From Felis catus (taxonomy: Eukaryota), in assembly GCF_018350175.1 (NCBI RefSeq), contig NC_058373.1, forward strand, positions 109,308,001-109,372,000: a stretch of 64,000 nucleotides of DNA. Direction: 5' to 3'. Below are positions 13,646 through 25,899 of this stretch, in pieces. Under the pieces are notes generated by a model. That model was not told where the DNA came from. It ran no database searches and saw only the letters and a list, made by a program, of their open reading frames with translations. Position 1 is the first letter of the stretch. Each line of letters starts with the position of its first letter. The position numbers and the translations under genes are program-made.

Positions 13646-14759
13646 TAAGTTCTTTTCTAAAAGAGAATATTATCATTTGGAAAATGCCATCTCTAACAAC
13701 AGTGAAGAAAGAAGAGCTGGGGGAAGGTTTGCATACTTCTTCCCACAGTGAAAAAGCATAACCCAATCCAAAGCCCTCTGCTCTCTTACCACCTCAAATA
13801 CCATAACTCTTGGGAGCACAGAAGCACGTGAGACCTGGGTTAGGGTTTGTTGCAAAGTGAGGCATCTAATTCAGCAAAGACAAATGCAAAACACTGAGCT
13901 GTGTCCTTAGTGCATACAAAAGTGAAGGAGATGAAATGCCTACCTTAAAGACACTTATAATCTGACACTGGTGGCAGGAGTTAAAAAGCTATTCTTCTAT
14001 GGGAGAGAATATGCTGCAAGCATTTGTTTTAATAAACCCTTTTGTAGGACAGACCTCACATGCCAAAGAAAACAGGATAAAAGTGGAGGCAGATACGTGG
14101 AATCAAAGACAGATGGGTACAGGACTTTACAATATATTCAGATACAAAGAGCAATATGTCTCTAAAATGACAAAAGCAATAGCGATAAAACCCCAAGGGA
14201 TAAGGAAAGCTAGTTGAAGGCCAGATGATGATGCCAAATAATGAACCAAAAGGGAGTCAGAGGAGCAAAACCACATCTCATTGAGGGAATCATAAATAAC
14301 TTCAGGTAGAAAATGGCATCTGAAACAGGCATGACATAATGATGGGATGTCCACAGTCCAAAAAGAGGAAATGGGCATGAGAGCATCTACAGTCCCTGGA
14401 ACTCTCTATAGAGCCTGATCCACAAGTAACGTCTACCATAAAACTAACGTTTTCCTAACAAGCCTGCTGAGACATAAGGGAACAGAGAAGCTCAATACAG
14501 ACCTCAACCTCCCAGAACTTAAAACACACACCTTAGTGCAATGGCATCCTAGGAGCTCACACTCATCCAGTGGACGAAAAAGGCACGAAGACATCAGTGC
14601 TACCTAAGGCAGTCTCTCAGTGGGGGGGAAGGGGAGCACAGTTTTCCATCACTCTTGCTCACCAATTTCAGACCTGGGAGTGAAGACCGAATGTGAAAAT
14701 AACTTTAGAGAGAAAAAAGATTGTAGGGACAAGATAAGTGAAGGAAGAAGTTTGAACAG

Positions 14760-14925
14760 ATTATTTCTCAAACCTGGCTAAACTCAGAATCATCTGAGCC
14801 GATGGTTAAAGGTACTGGTACCTGTTCCTACCTCCCACCTCAGGTGATGCTGATTCAGTAGGTGATTCCCAGAGGTGAGGTCTGGGAATCTATGTTACAC
14901 AAAATCCCTCCAAATGATTCCTACA
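14760..14925. mobile_element. MER5-like hAT-Charlie relic
   Basis: TTCTCAAAC...AGAATCATCTG...GATTCAGTAGGT...GGGAATCT motifs. Confidence 0.6.
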
Positions 14926-14983
14926 TGTAGTCAGGTTTACACTCACTGGTATAAGATGAATCCTTGGCTTCCTTGAAGATGCA

Positions 14984-14986
<3 letters not shown>

Positions 14987-15042
<56 letters not shown>
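14987..15042. repeat. (TA)n microsatellite, ~28 units
   Basis: Seen directly. Confidence 0.98.
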
Positions 15043-15045
<3 letters not shown>

Positions 15046-15545
15046 TATTGTATATGTTTTTAGCACAAATATACAGGAAAAAAAGATAAAGAAATCCCTG
15101 TATTTCCCCGGGCCAGTCCCTTAACATAACCCTCCCTCAATTTTCTTTTGTGAAAAACAAAGGATGTGGAGTAGACAATAATTCAAATCCCTTATAGTTC
15201 CAAAGTATCATGATTTCGGTGCTTAGTTAAGTGAGAACTTTGAAGAGAAATTATCTCCAGTAAAAAACATCCCATCTGGCCTTACTGAAATACTGTGAAA
15301 AAGTTTTAGGATCTAAATTGGTTCTCTTTATAGAATTTCCTTTCTTTTATACGACCTTTTTTTTTTCATAATACTCTCTTTAAACTCACAAAAATGGCAT
15401 ATTTTAGAAAGAATTGTAATAAATAATATAAATGCCAGATTCTGTTTTACATAAGCCAAACAAAATAGCAAGTTACAATGTATCAACATTACCAAGTAGA
15501 TGTGATTTACTCAAGATGTAAAAACTTCATTTTGACGTTCTTTAA

Positions 15546-15645
15546 TTTTTTTTTCATGTTTACTTATTTTTGAGAGACAGAGAGTGAGCGGGGCAGAGAA
15601 AGAGGGAGATGCAGAATCCGAAGCGGGTTCCAGGCTCGGTGCCCC
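15546..15645 (-). mobile_element. Short (internally deleted) CAN-SINE
   Basis: SINE 3' half joined to a GGGGCACC head; TSD GA(C/T)GTTCTTTAA at 15534-15545 and 15648-15659. Confidence 0.85.
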
Positions 15646-15997
15646 TCGATGTTCTTTAAATGTTCCTAAATTATGTCCTACTGGGTTGGGGGCCGTTTAC
15701 TCTACTCTGTTCAAGACAGTTTTAGCAGCTCAAGAAGTGCTGATGCCATCAGTGGTTGCCTGATACGGGACGCTCCTTTGATCACTCAGCACCTGAGAAT
15801 AATTCATGGCTCATTGTAAGTATTCAAAAGTATTTCTTGAAAGAATTAGTAGATTTACAGATATGGGAAAATCTTTTTCTTTGCACAAGTTCTCCCCAGT
15901 GGCTCTTAAACTATATGTTTGCATTAACAATTTAGTCTCCTTAATATTCTAATACAGTTTCCTGCTTTTGTACTGTCCTACAGTTTTTGTTTGTGAG

Positions 15998-17382
15998 TGT
16001 AGACAGATTCTAGCACCAATGAGGGAGGATGGGTGGCAACAAGTCTCCACACCAACAAACAATTCTTGGGACACCAGCTGGTTGTATCACCAGCTAGACC
16101 CCAAGACCTGACCTTTACTGCCCACCTGCTTATATGCACCGAACTTTGTCCCACATTTTTCCTTAAGCTTTTCTTTCCAGCTTATCTCTTAACTCCGGCA
16201 AATGGGAAGTGAAACCACCCTACTAGTGACAGCCACTGCCCTGACAAGACCTCCAGCAGCCGGGACGGCCTAGAGCATTTGAGCTTAACCTCAGACTCAC
16301 ACCTGCACAGATGGACCATGGAGTGACCTCTAGAATGACCGACAACTACATTTAGCTCATTATAGTATAAAATCTCCACCCAAGGAGGACCACAAGGCTC
16401 ATCTACATAACATACAACGTGTGGACAGGCATGTTTCCTTAAGATGCATGCACGATGTTATGCCCGCTTCTATATACAATGACAAGGCTTCCCTGTCTAA
16501 ATACTCATCCTAATCCTAAATAAAAGGAATCCATTCACCCTTGCTCTGGGGAGGCTTTGGAAGCCATTCCCCTGTATCTCCTTATTTGCTGCGAATAAAG
16601 TTTTGTTTGCACGACAACTCCATCAGGTAGTTTCTGACTCACCAAGGAGCAAACTCATGTTGGTCCAGTTACAGCTGTCCTACAATTCAACTCAATTCCG
16701 ACACTACCTGGAGATACAGCATAAGATTCAGTCCTACAAGACCACCCCCCACCCCCCAACTCCAGACACCAATTGAAAGCACAGGTTGGTACCTGTATTT
16801 CAGACCTACCAGCTACAGACTGGACGTTTCCGCAACCTTCGTGGGTTTGTTTAATTTGCTAGAGCAGCACACAGAGCTCAGAGAAATCTTTTCTTTACTA
16901 GATCACTGGTTTACTATAAAAGGATATAACTCAGGAACAGCCAGACCAGAGATAGATGCACAGGCAAGGTATGGTGGAAAAACAGAGTGCCATCTCCAGG
17001 TGCGCTGCTCTCCCAGGCCCTCCACACTCTCACCAACCCTGTCCTTTTGTGTGCTTGTGGCTGCTACACTACACAGTCCAGACTGATTAAATCCCTGACC
17101 ATTGGCAATTAATTCAGCCTCCGGGCCATCCCTTCCCTAGAGGCTGAGAAGTTGAGGAGCAGGAGTACTGAAAGTTTCCACCCTCCTAGCACCTAGATGG
17201 TTCCCATGGCAACAGCCTCCACACTAAGGTTACTTAAGGGCCTTCCGAAAGTCGCCATTAACATAACAAAAGACACTTTTATTTCTCTGATCACAGAAAA
17301 TTCCAAGAGTTTTAAGAGACCTGTGCCAGGAACTGTGTCAGATACCAAATATATATTTCCTATTATAAACCACAACATCACA
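15998..17382 (-). mobile_element. MER21-like solo LTR interrupted by a second LTR
   Basis: TG...CA termini with 5-bp TSD GTGAG (15993-15997 and 17383-17387). GACACCAGCTGG..TGTCCTACAATTCAACTCAATTC and CCAAATATATATTTC motifs recalled from the MER21 group. Strand inferred from the recalled consensus. Confidence 0.75.
16083..16673 (+). mobile_element. Solo ERV LTR (591 bp) nested in the MER21-like LTR; family not identified
   Basis: TGTATC...GTTACA termini, TATA-like TAAATAAAAGG at ~16517, AATAAA at ~16594. The host LTR resumes colinearly after 16673. Confidence 0.75.
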
Positions 17383-17393
17383 GTGAGTCTAAG

Positions 17394-17912
17394 ACAGGAG
17401 CTTCCCCTTATCTGGGGAGGATATGTTCCAAGACCCTCTCCCAAACCCCTCCCCCAACCCCTGTGGATGCCTGGAATTGCAGATAGGACCTAATACTGTA
17501 TAAACTGTTTTTTCCCTAGACATACATACCTATGATAAAGTTTAACTTATAAATTAGGCACAGGGAGAGATCAACAACAGTAATAATAGAATAGAACGAT
17601 TATAACAATATACTGTAATAAAAGTTATGTGAACGTGGTCTATCTCTCTCCCAAAACACCTTATTATATTGTACTCACCTTTCTTGTGATGATTTGAGAT
17701 GAGAAAATGCCTATATAATGAGATGAAGTGAGGTGAATGACATTGGCATCTGGAGGTAGTGTTAGGCTACTCTGGACGTGACATTGCATCAGAAGGAGGA
17801 GCATCTGCTTCTGAAAGTAGTTAACTGGGGGTAGTAATACACCATGGGAAGCACGAAACCACGGGAAACAAAACCTCAGGAAGGAAAACCAGGGACAAGC
17901 CGGGGACTCCTG
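17394..17912. mobile_element. MER44/Tigger7-type DNA transposon
   Basis: Termini CAGGAGCTTCCCCTTATC / GGGGACTCCTG and internal CATACATACCTATGATAAAGTTTAA motif recalled from MER44B. Confidence 0.75.
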
Positions 17913-17985
17913 CAAGTGTAGTCATGAATCACAGTCAACATTTAGTTACACTTCAGAGAAGATTCCTGAGCTCTTCTAGGACCTA

Positions 17986-18150
<165 letters not shown>

Positions 18151-18905
18151 TTAACAATGTACTTCTTTCAAGGAAATGAAAAGACAAATTCATAGATAGA
18201 CCAACGCAACAATGGTTTGTTGTGGTACCAATAACAAAACCTATTCTGGAGATTGACATAGTCAGTTCGGTGTGATTATCAAATGAGATCTGCAATAAGT
18301 ACAAGATTTGCATACAAACAAAAACCCCATTGAAGAGAAGCCAGTTTATAATACCTCTTTGCATTCAAGTATATTCTAAGCTATGAAGAACAAGTATGAT
18401 TAATATTAAATAAAAGTTAGTGACTATAATAATTACACAGATTAATTTATTAAGACAAGGGCTACAGTCACTTCTCCACAGACTAAGAAAATGAACTCGA
18501 TAATATTGAAGCAAACTTGTATGACTCCTCCAAAAATTCTATTATAATTTTGACATATAATTTTGTCCCTGAGATTGATCTTGAGAAGTCTAATTTAAAA
18601 TAACAGAAGAGTCTTTTTTTAAATAAAATTATTCAAAGATATTCTTTTCAACCACATTTTACACAGAATTTGGAAACTATCATTATTCTAAATAAAAGGA
18701 ACATCTCTGATCTATTTTACATAGAGAAGTGGTTTTGCATTAGGTATAAAAATTAATACAAAAATAATATCTTTTGGTATCAACCTTGATTGAAAATCTA
18801 ACAGTTTTAGGCAGCACCTTTAGCAATTTTGTAAATCAGATGATAAATATGTTAACATTATAGTGAAACAAAATTAGAATACTATTAAAATATAGAAATA
18901 AAATA

Positions 18906-19116
18906 TTTTTTAATGTTTATTATTCATTTTTGAGAGAAAGACACAGAGTGAGAGTAGGGGAGCAGCAGAGAGAGAGAGGGAAACACAGAATCCGAAGCAG
19001 CTCCAGGCTCCGAGCTGTCAGCACAGAGCCTGACACGGAACTAGAACTCACAAACCGTGAGATCATGACCTGAGCTGAAGTTGGATGCTTCACCAACTGA
19101 GCCACCCAGGCACCCC
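18906..19116 (-). mobile_element. CAN-SINE
   Basis: Reverse-complement SINEC. Confidence 0.93.
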
Positions 19117-19161
19117 TAAAATACTATTTTTAAAATAAATATTTTAAAAGAGTAAATTTTA

Positions 19162-19408
19162 GGGGCATCTGGGTGGCTCAGGCAGTTAGGCATCTGACTC
19201 TGGATTTCAGCTCAGGTCATGATCTCAGGGTTTGTGAGATCGAGCCCTGCGTTGGTCTCTATGCTGACTGTGTGGAGCCTGCTTGGGATTCTCTATGTCT
19301 CTCTCTCCCTCTCTCTCTCTGCCTCCCCGCCCCCCAGCTCATGCTCACGCTCTCTCTCTCTCTCTCTCAAAAATAAACATTGAAAAATAAATAAATAACT
19401 AAAATAAA
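19162..19408 (+). mobile_element. CAN-SINE
   Basis: SINEC head, body and tail; TSD AAAAGAGTA(A/C)ATTTT. Confidence 0.93.
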
Positions 19409-19541
19409 AAGAGTACATTTTTAAGGGAATACTATAATTCAAAAATTCAAAATATCTACCAAAGAAATCTCTCTCGAACTCATATTCAAAATAGCATACT
19501 AAAAAGAGAAATTAACTTATGATTTTAAGACTTTAAGCTTA

Positions 19542-19700
19542 GGGGCACCTGGGTGGCTCAGTTAAACATTGACTTCAGCTTGGGACATGATCTCATAGTT
19601 TATGGGTTTAAGCCCTGCACTGAGCTCCCCACTGACAGTGCAGAGTCTGCTTAGGATTCTCTCTCTTCTCCCTCTCTCTCTTTCCCTCCCCCACATGCAC

Positions 19701-19741
<41 letters not shown>

Positions 19742-19790
19742 CTCTCTCTCAAAACAAAAAAAAAAATAAACTTAAAAAAATAAATAATAA
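19542..19790 (+). mobile_element. CAN-SINE
   Basis: SINEC head, long (CT)n, A-tail. Confidence 0.9.
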
Positions 19791-20720
19791 AGACATAAAC
19801 AAATTGAAAGTGAAAGTGTGGGGAACATACACTACACAAACACTAAGCATAAGAAACCCAATGTGGCTATATTAATGCAAAAGACAAGAATAATAGAGAT
19901 GAAAAGGAACAATTAATAATAGCAAAAGGGTCAATTCATTAGGAAGACATAACAGTCTCAATTGTATATAAAAGTATGTATACAAAAGTAATGAAAGAGC
20001 TTCAAAATACATGAAAGATAAAAATGACATAACAAAAAAGGAGAATTCAACAATTTCACAATAAAAATGGAATGTTTACTCTCTCCCACATCAACTGGCA
20101 GAGCAACCAGCTGTAAAAATGATTGAGGATATAGAATATTTAAACACTATCAACACTATCAACTAACTCTAGCTAACTGACATTCATAGAATACTCTACA
20201 GAATGCTACAGAATACACATTTTTCTCTAGTGCACGTGTAACTTTTACCCAGACAGATCTGATTTTGAGCCACAAAAATGAAGTCAATAAATTTCAAAAT
20301 ATGGAAATCACAGAGTATATAGTCTCACCTCAAAGCAATTAAATTAGGAATGAGGTGGGGTTTTTTTAATTATCTAAAAAAATCTACACTATTGGATATT
20401 ACCCAATTCCTTTCTAGACTGGGTCTAGAAGAAGAAATGGGTCAAAGAAGAAATCAAAAGAAATTGAGAGGATATTTTTAACTGGACGTTAATGAAGTAA
20501 CAACACATCAAAGTTTGTGGGATACACTTGAAGCAATACTTAGGGAGAAATTTCTCATTTTAAATGTTTATATTTTTAAAAGATGAAAGTTTTAAAATCA
20601 GTTATCTAAACTTTTACATGAAGAAATTAGAAAAGCTATTACACCCAAATTAAGTATGAGGAAACAAAGACCAGAATGCAGATCAATAAAATAGAAAGTA
20701 TTCAAAGAAAAGTGAAACTT

Positions 20721-20943
20721 GAGGTGCCTGGGTGGCTCAGTTGGTTGAGCGTCTGACTTTAGCTCGGGTCATGATCTCACAGTCTGTGAGTTCGAGCCCC
20801 ATGTCGGTCTCTGTGCTGACAGCTCGGAGCCCGGGGCCTGTTTCAGATTCCGTGTCTCCCTCTCTCTCTGACCCTCCCCCGTTCATGCTCTGTCTCTCTC
20901 TGTCTCAAAAATAAATAAACGTTAAAAAAAATTTTTTTTAAAA
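20721..20943 (+). mobile_element. CAN-SINE
   Basis: TSD AAAGAAAAGTGAA(A/C)CTTGA. Confidence 0.93.
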
Positions 20944-21307
20944 AGAAAAGTGAACCTTGACAAAGTCAAAATTAATTCTTTGGAAACATTAATAAAAATG
21001 ATAAGCCCCTAACAAGTCTGATAATTTAAAAAAAAGAGAATGAGAGAGTGAAAACACAAGTTACCAACATTAAGAATAAAAGAGAAGACATCACTGGATA
21101 TATTACAGATAGCAAATGATAATAAAGGTATAGTGCAAACAATTTTTTGCCAATTAATTTTAAAACTTTAATGAACAAAATTTCTGAATAAGAAAAACAC
21201 CTTAAAAAGCACAAAAAGAAATGAAAAATCTTAATACTTGCTATCTATTAAAAAGAAAAAACTAGCCCAGAAGGCTCCAGACTCAGTGAAATCCTTCAAA
21301 TATTTAA

Positions 21308-21512
21308 TTTTTTTGTTTATTTATTTTTGAGAGAGAGACAGAGTGTGAACAGGGGAGGGGCAGAGAGAGAGAGGAGACACAGAATTTAAAGCAGGCTCGA
21401 GGCTCTGAGCTGTCAGCACAGAGCCCAATGTGTGGCTCGAACTCACAAACGGGGAGACAATGACCTGAGCTTAAGTCGGACGTTTAACTGACTGAGCCCC
21501 ATAGGGGCCCCC
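21308..21512 (-). mobile_element. CAN-SINE
   Basis: TSD CCTTCAAATATTTAA. Confidence 0.93.
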
Positions 21513-21587
21513 TTCAAATATTTAAATAAGACATAATACAAATATTACACACTCTGTCAGAAAGTATATGAGGAAATATTTCTTCAC

Positions 21588-22108
21588 TTTTTTTAATTTA
21601 TTTTTTTATTAAATATAGTTTATTGTCAAATTGGTTTCCGTACAACACCCAGTGCTCATCCCAACAGGTGCCCTCCTCAATGCCCATCACCCACCTTCCC
21701 CTCTCCCCCACCTCCCATCAACCTTCAGTTTGTTCTCAGTATTTAAGAGTCTCTTATGGTTTGCCTCCATCTCTCTGTAACTTTTTTTCCCTCTTCCCCT
21801 CCCCTTGGTCTTCTGTTAAGTTTCTCAGGATCCACATATGAGTAAAAACATATGGTATCTGTCTTTCTCTGCCTGACTTATTTCACTTAGCATAACACCC
21901 TCCAGTTTCATCCACGTTGCTACAAATGGCCAGATTTCATTCTTTCTCATTGCCAAGTAGTATTCCATTGTATATACAAACCACATCCTCTTTATCCATT
22001 TGTCAGTTGGTGGACATTTAGGCTCTTTCCATAATTTGGCTATTGTTGAAAGTGCTGCTATAAACATTGGGGTACAAGTGCTCCTATGAATCAACACTCT
22101 TGTATCCT
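21588..22108 (-). mobile_element. 5'-truncated carnivore/felid L1 3' end, same subfamily as 1-6173, sense to KCNH5
   Basis: ORF 21825-22097 is nearly identical to ORF 5673-5942. 3' UTR, AATAAA and A-tail present; imperfect TSD TCTT(C/A)ACTT. Confidence 0.93.
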
Positions 22109-22801
22109 GTATCTTAACTTGTTTTATGAGGTCAGCATTATCATAACACCAAAATCTGACAATGGCTGTTAAAAAAAGATTACTGACAAACAGATCTTAG
22201 GAATGTGGTTGCAAAACTCCAGAAGAAAATATTGGCAAATAGAATTCAGCAATATATATATAATAACCAAGTAGGGTTTTTCTCATGAATGTAAGGCTGA
22301 TTTATCATTATGAAATCAATCAATGTAATCCATCACATCAATAGAATCAAAGAAAAAAATCATACGATTGTTTCTCAATAGATGCAAAAAAAAAAGCATT
22401 TGACAAAACTCACACTCGTTCATGATTAAAATCTCTGAGCAACCTTGGAAAAGAAGGAAACTTCCTCAAACCGACAGATGATACCTACTAAAAAATCTAT
22501 AGCTAACATTATTCTTAAGGGTGGAATACTGAATAACTCCGCCCTTAAGATCAGGAAAATGCCAGGGATGTATATTCTCAATGCTTACACTCAACATTTT
22601 ATTGGTGTCCCAACTAGTAAAATAAGGCAAAAAAAAAAAAAAAAAAAAAAAAAAAACAAAGTAAAAGGGAAAAAACACGAAAGATACAAATATTGGAAAG
22701 GAAGATATAATGACTTTCTATTTGCAGGTGGTATGATTGTTTACAGAGAAAAGCCTAAGGAATATTTAAAGGAACATCTAAAATTAATAAGTGAATTTAG
22801 T

Positions 22802-23025
22802 GAGGCTCCTGGGTGGCTAGTTGGTTAAGCATCCAACTTCAGTTCAGGTCATGATTTCATAGTTTGTGAGTTCGAGCTTGGTATCAGGTTCTTTGCTGAC
22901 AGCTCAGAGCCTGGACCCTGCTTTGGATTCTGTATCTTCCTCTCTCTCTCTCTGCCCCTTCTCTGCTTGTGCTCTCATTCTCTCTCTCCACCCCCCCCCC
23001 AGAAATAAATAAACATTAAAAAAAT
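22802..23025 (+). mobile_element. CAN-SINE
   Basis: TSD TAATAAGTGAATTTAGT. Confidence 0.92.
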
Positions 23026-23616
23026 AGTAATAAGTGAATTTAGTAAGGTTGCAGGAAATAAAGTCAATATAACAGTTAATTTTGTTTCTATATACTAGTA
23101 TTAGTTGCAAAGTGAAAAACAATTTCACTTAGAAGGATATCAAATACTTAGAAATAAATTTAACAAAAGATGTGCAAGGCCTCTAGAATGAACACTAAAA
23201 AAATTCTCCTTAGTTACATTAAAGGACACTTAAACAAATGGAGAGCTACGCCATGTTCATGAATTGAAAGACTGGATATTTTTTCAGACATCAACTCTCT
23301 GCAAATTGATCTATAGATTCAATATAATCCAAGTGAAAACAGTAGTTGACAAAGTAATCATAAAATATTATGAAAATATGAATTACCAAAAATAATCCAA
23401 AATAAAATCTGAAAAAGAAGAACCAAGCTGGGAAAACATACAACCAATAAAGCAAATTAAAAAGTTCAGAGATAGACCCTCACAAAAATGGTCCACTGGT
23501 TTTTTGCATAGATGCCAAAGCAGTTTAATGGGTAAAGAAAGGTCTCTTCAATGAACTCGGATAAAACAACTGTATGTCCACATGAACAAAAGTTGAACCA
23601 TCACTGCTACGTCACA

Positions 23617-23618
<2 letters not shown>

Positions 23619-23652
<34 letters not shown>
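23619..23652. repeat. (CA)n microsatellite
   Basis: Seen directly. Confidence 0.97.
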
Positions 23653-23653
<1 letters not shown>

Positions 23654-25304
23654 AATTTAAAGTGGGTGATAGACGTAAATACAAAGGTGAAAACTAAAAG
23701 GAAAACACAGGAAAAAAAAATATTTGCAACTTTAAGGAAGACAAGAATTTCTTAGATAAGACTCCTATAGCAATCACTGTAAAAGAAAGTGTTAATAAAT
23801 ACATTAGACACCATCCAATTAAAATCAAGTGCTCATTCAAGGACATTTTCAAAAAAAAAAAAAAGGAAAGGAAATCCATAGACTAAGAAAATATTTACAA
23901 TACAGATATCTGAGAAAGAACTCCTATCCAGGACATACCAAAAAAAATCCTACAAGAGGACAAATGACCCAGTGAACAACATGGGCACATAACTCGAACA
24001 GACATTTCACTAAAGAAGATAAACAATGACCAATAACCACAAGAATAAGATGCTCACCATCATCAGGCAGCAGGGAAATACAAATTAAAAGCACAATGAT
24101 GCATCACTCAACCACTAGAGTGGCTGTAAAGGCTAATAGGACAAAATGTTGATGAGAGTGAAACAATTGGAACTCTTTATAAAATACTAATGAGAATAGA
24201 AAATAGAACAATCACTTTGAAAAATAGTTTCTTGTAGAGTTAAATATTTAACCATGACCAAGAAATTTCATTCTTAGGCATTTCCTCAAGTGAAACAAAA
24301 ACATATGTTAACAAAAAGACTTGTAAGGAAAATGTTCACATCAGATTTATTCATAGCAGTCAAAAATTGAAAACAAGGTAAATGTCCATCAGCAAGAGAA
24401 TGGATTAAAAATTGTGACATAGTCCTACAAGAAAAGCCACTCGGGTCTAAAATGGAACAAACTACTCACACATGCAACAGCATGGGTGAGTCTGATAAAC
24501 ATTATAATGATAGCTAGAAGCTATCATTTCATTCATATGAAGTTTAAATACAGGCAAGGCTAATCTATGGTGATAGGGATCAGCACAATGATTGCTAAAG
24601 GGGATGGGAGGGAGACTGATAGGAAAGAGTCAAAAAGAACTTTCTGGGGGAGGTCATTGTTCTCTATCTTCATAGAGGTATAAGCTACACAAGTATACAC
24701 ATTTGTCAAAACTAATTGAACTGTACACTTAAAATTTGTGTGTTACCACTAATAAATTAATTCCCTCAAATTTAAAAGAAAACACATGGAAGAAGGAGGA
24801 CCAAAGATTCAAAAGTTTTAGGGAAACTGTGGCATTTGAAATGAACCTTAGCTATGAGAATCGTAATACCTTTCCTTGATACATAGGGTGGTTATAGTAA
24901 AGATTAAAATGAGCTTATTCCTACAAAAATGCTTCATAAAGTATAAATAAATGCTTCTATAAATATATGACATTTTCATTTATGTATAGCATCAAGTATA
25001 AATAAATATAATATGATCACCAAAAATTAACTTTTCTCCTCTTAGCCCAGGCTGGAGTCTAATCAGTTTACTCTCGCTAATCCATATGCTGTCCACTTCA
25101 TGATGAGGCAACAGTGGCAGTCCATTCAGCTACATGTTCTCCCTGACTCAACTGATCTTACTTTTGACACTAATGTTCACTGTCTCCCCTGAATTCCTGC
25201 CTCCATCATCCTACTACTCCTCATCCAAATATAGACTCCCAAGTGCTTACATCATCAAATTGCCTCTCAGATTTAGAAAGCCTTCTAAAATCCAGCTATA
25301 CCCT

Positions 25305-25640
25305 GGGGCGCCTGGGTGGCCCAGTCGGTTAAGCGGCCGACTTCGGCTCAGGTCATGATCTCGCGGTCTGTGAGTTCGAGCCCCGCGTCGGGCTCTGTGC
25401 TGACAGCTCAGAGCCTGGAGCCTGTTTCAGATTCTGTGTCTCCCTCTCTCTCTCTGACCCTCCCCCATTCATGCTCTGTCTCTCTCTGTCTCGAAAATAA
25501 ATAAACGTTAAAAAAAATTTTTTTTTTTTAAATAAAAGATTCTGTGTCTCCCTCTCTCTCTCTGACCCTCCCCCATTCATGCTCTGTCTCTCTCTGTCTC
25601 GAAAATAAATAAACGTTAAAAAAAATTTTTTTTTAAAATA
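25305..25640 (+). mobile_element. Felid CAN-SINE with tandemly duplicated 3' half
   Basis: Perfect TSD AAAATCCAGCTATACCCT (25287-25304 and 25640-25657); 25429-25536 repeated at 25537-~25640. Confidence 0.95.
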
Positions 25641-25899
25641 AAATCCAGCTATACCCTCCCTACCTATACAAACATATTTCTCATTACTCCTAAAGTCTCT
25701 ACTATTACAATTAAGTCAGTTTTCTCATTATGGCCCCAAAATATACTCACTCATGATGCCTATTGTCCACTTGAAACACTTTTCCCCCATCCCTTTACCT
25801 ATCAAAACCTTTCAGAACCAGACACATTCTATGAGTACCACTTAGCCTACATCCCCCTCTGACTACCACCATATCTGTCTCCAACCCCTCGCTGGACAA

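Larger units (their letters stand above)
19790..24780 (+). mobile_element. Old degraded L1M-type LINE-1 (ORF2 plus 3' end) carrying younger nested insertions
   Basis: A-rich sequence colinear with L1 ORF2 (e.g. AATCAATCAATGTAATCCATCACATC, GATGCAAAAA..GCATTTGACAAA). 3' end motifs CTAATCTATGGTGATAG and GAACTGTACACTTAAAA. Confidence 0.85.

Noticed and set aside
6400..17900. KCNH5 exon 3
   Set aside because: No segment encoding the expected continuation was seen by eye; a tblastn would settle it.
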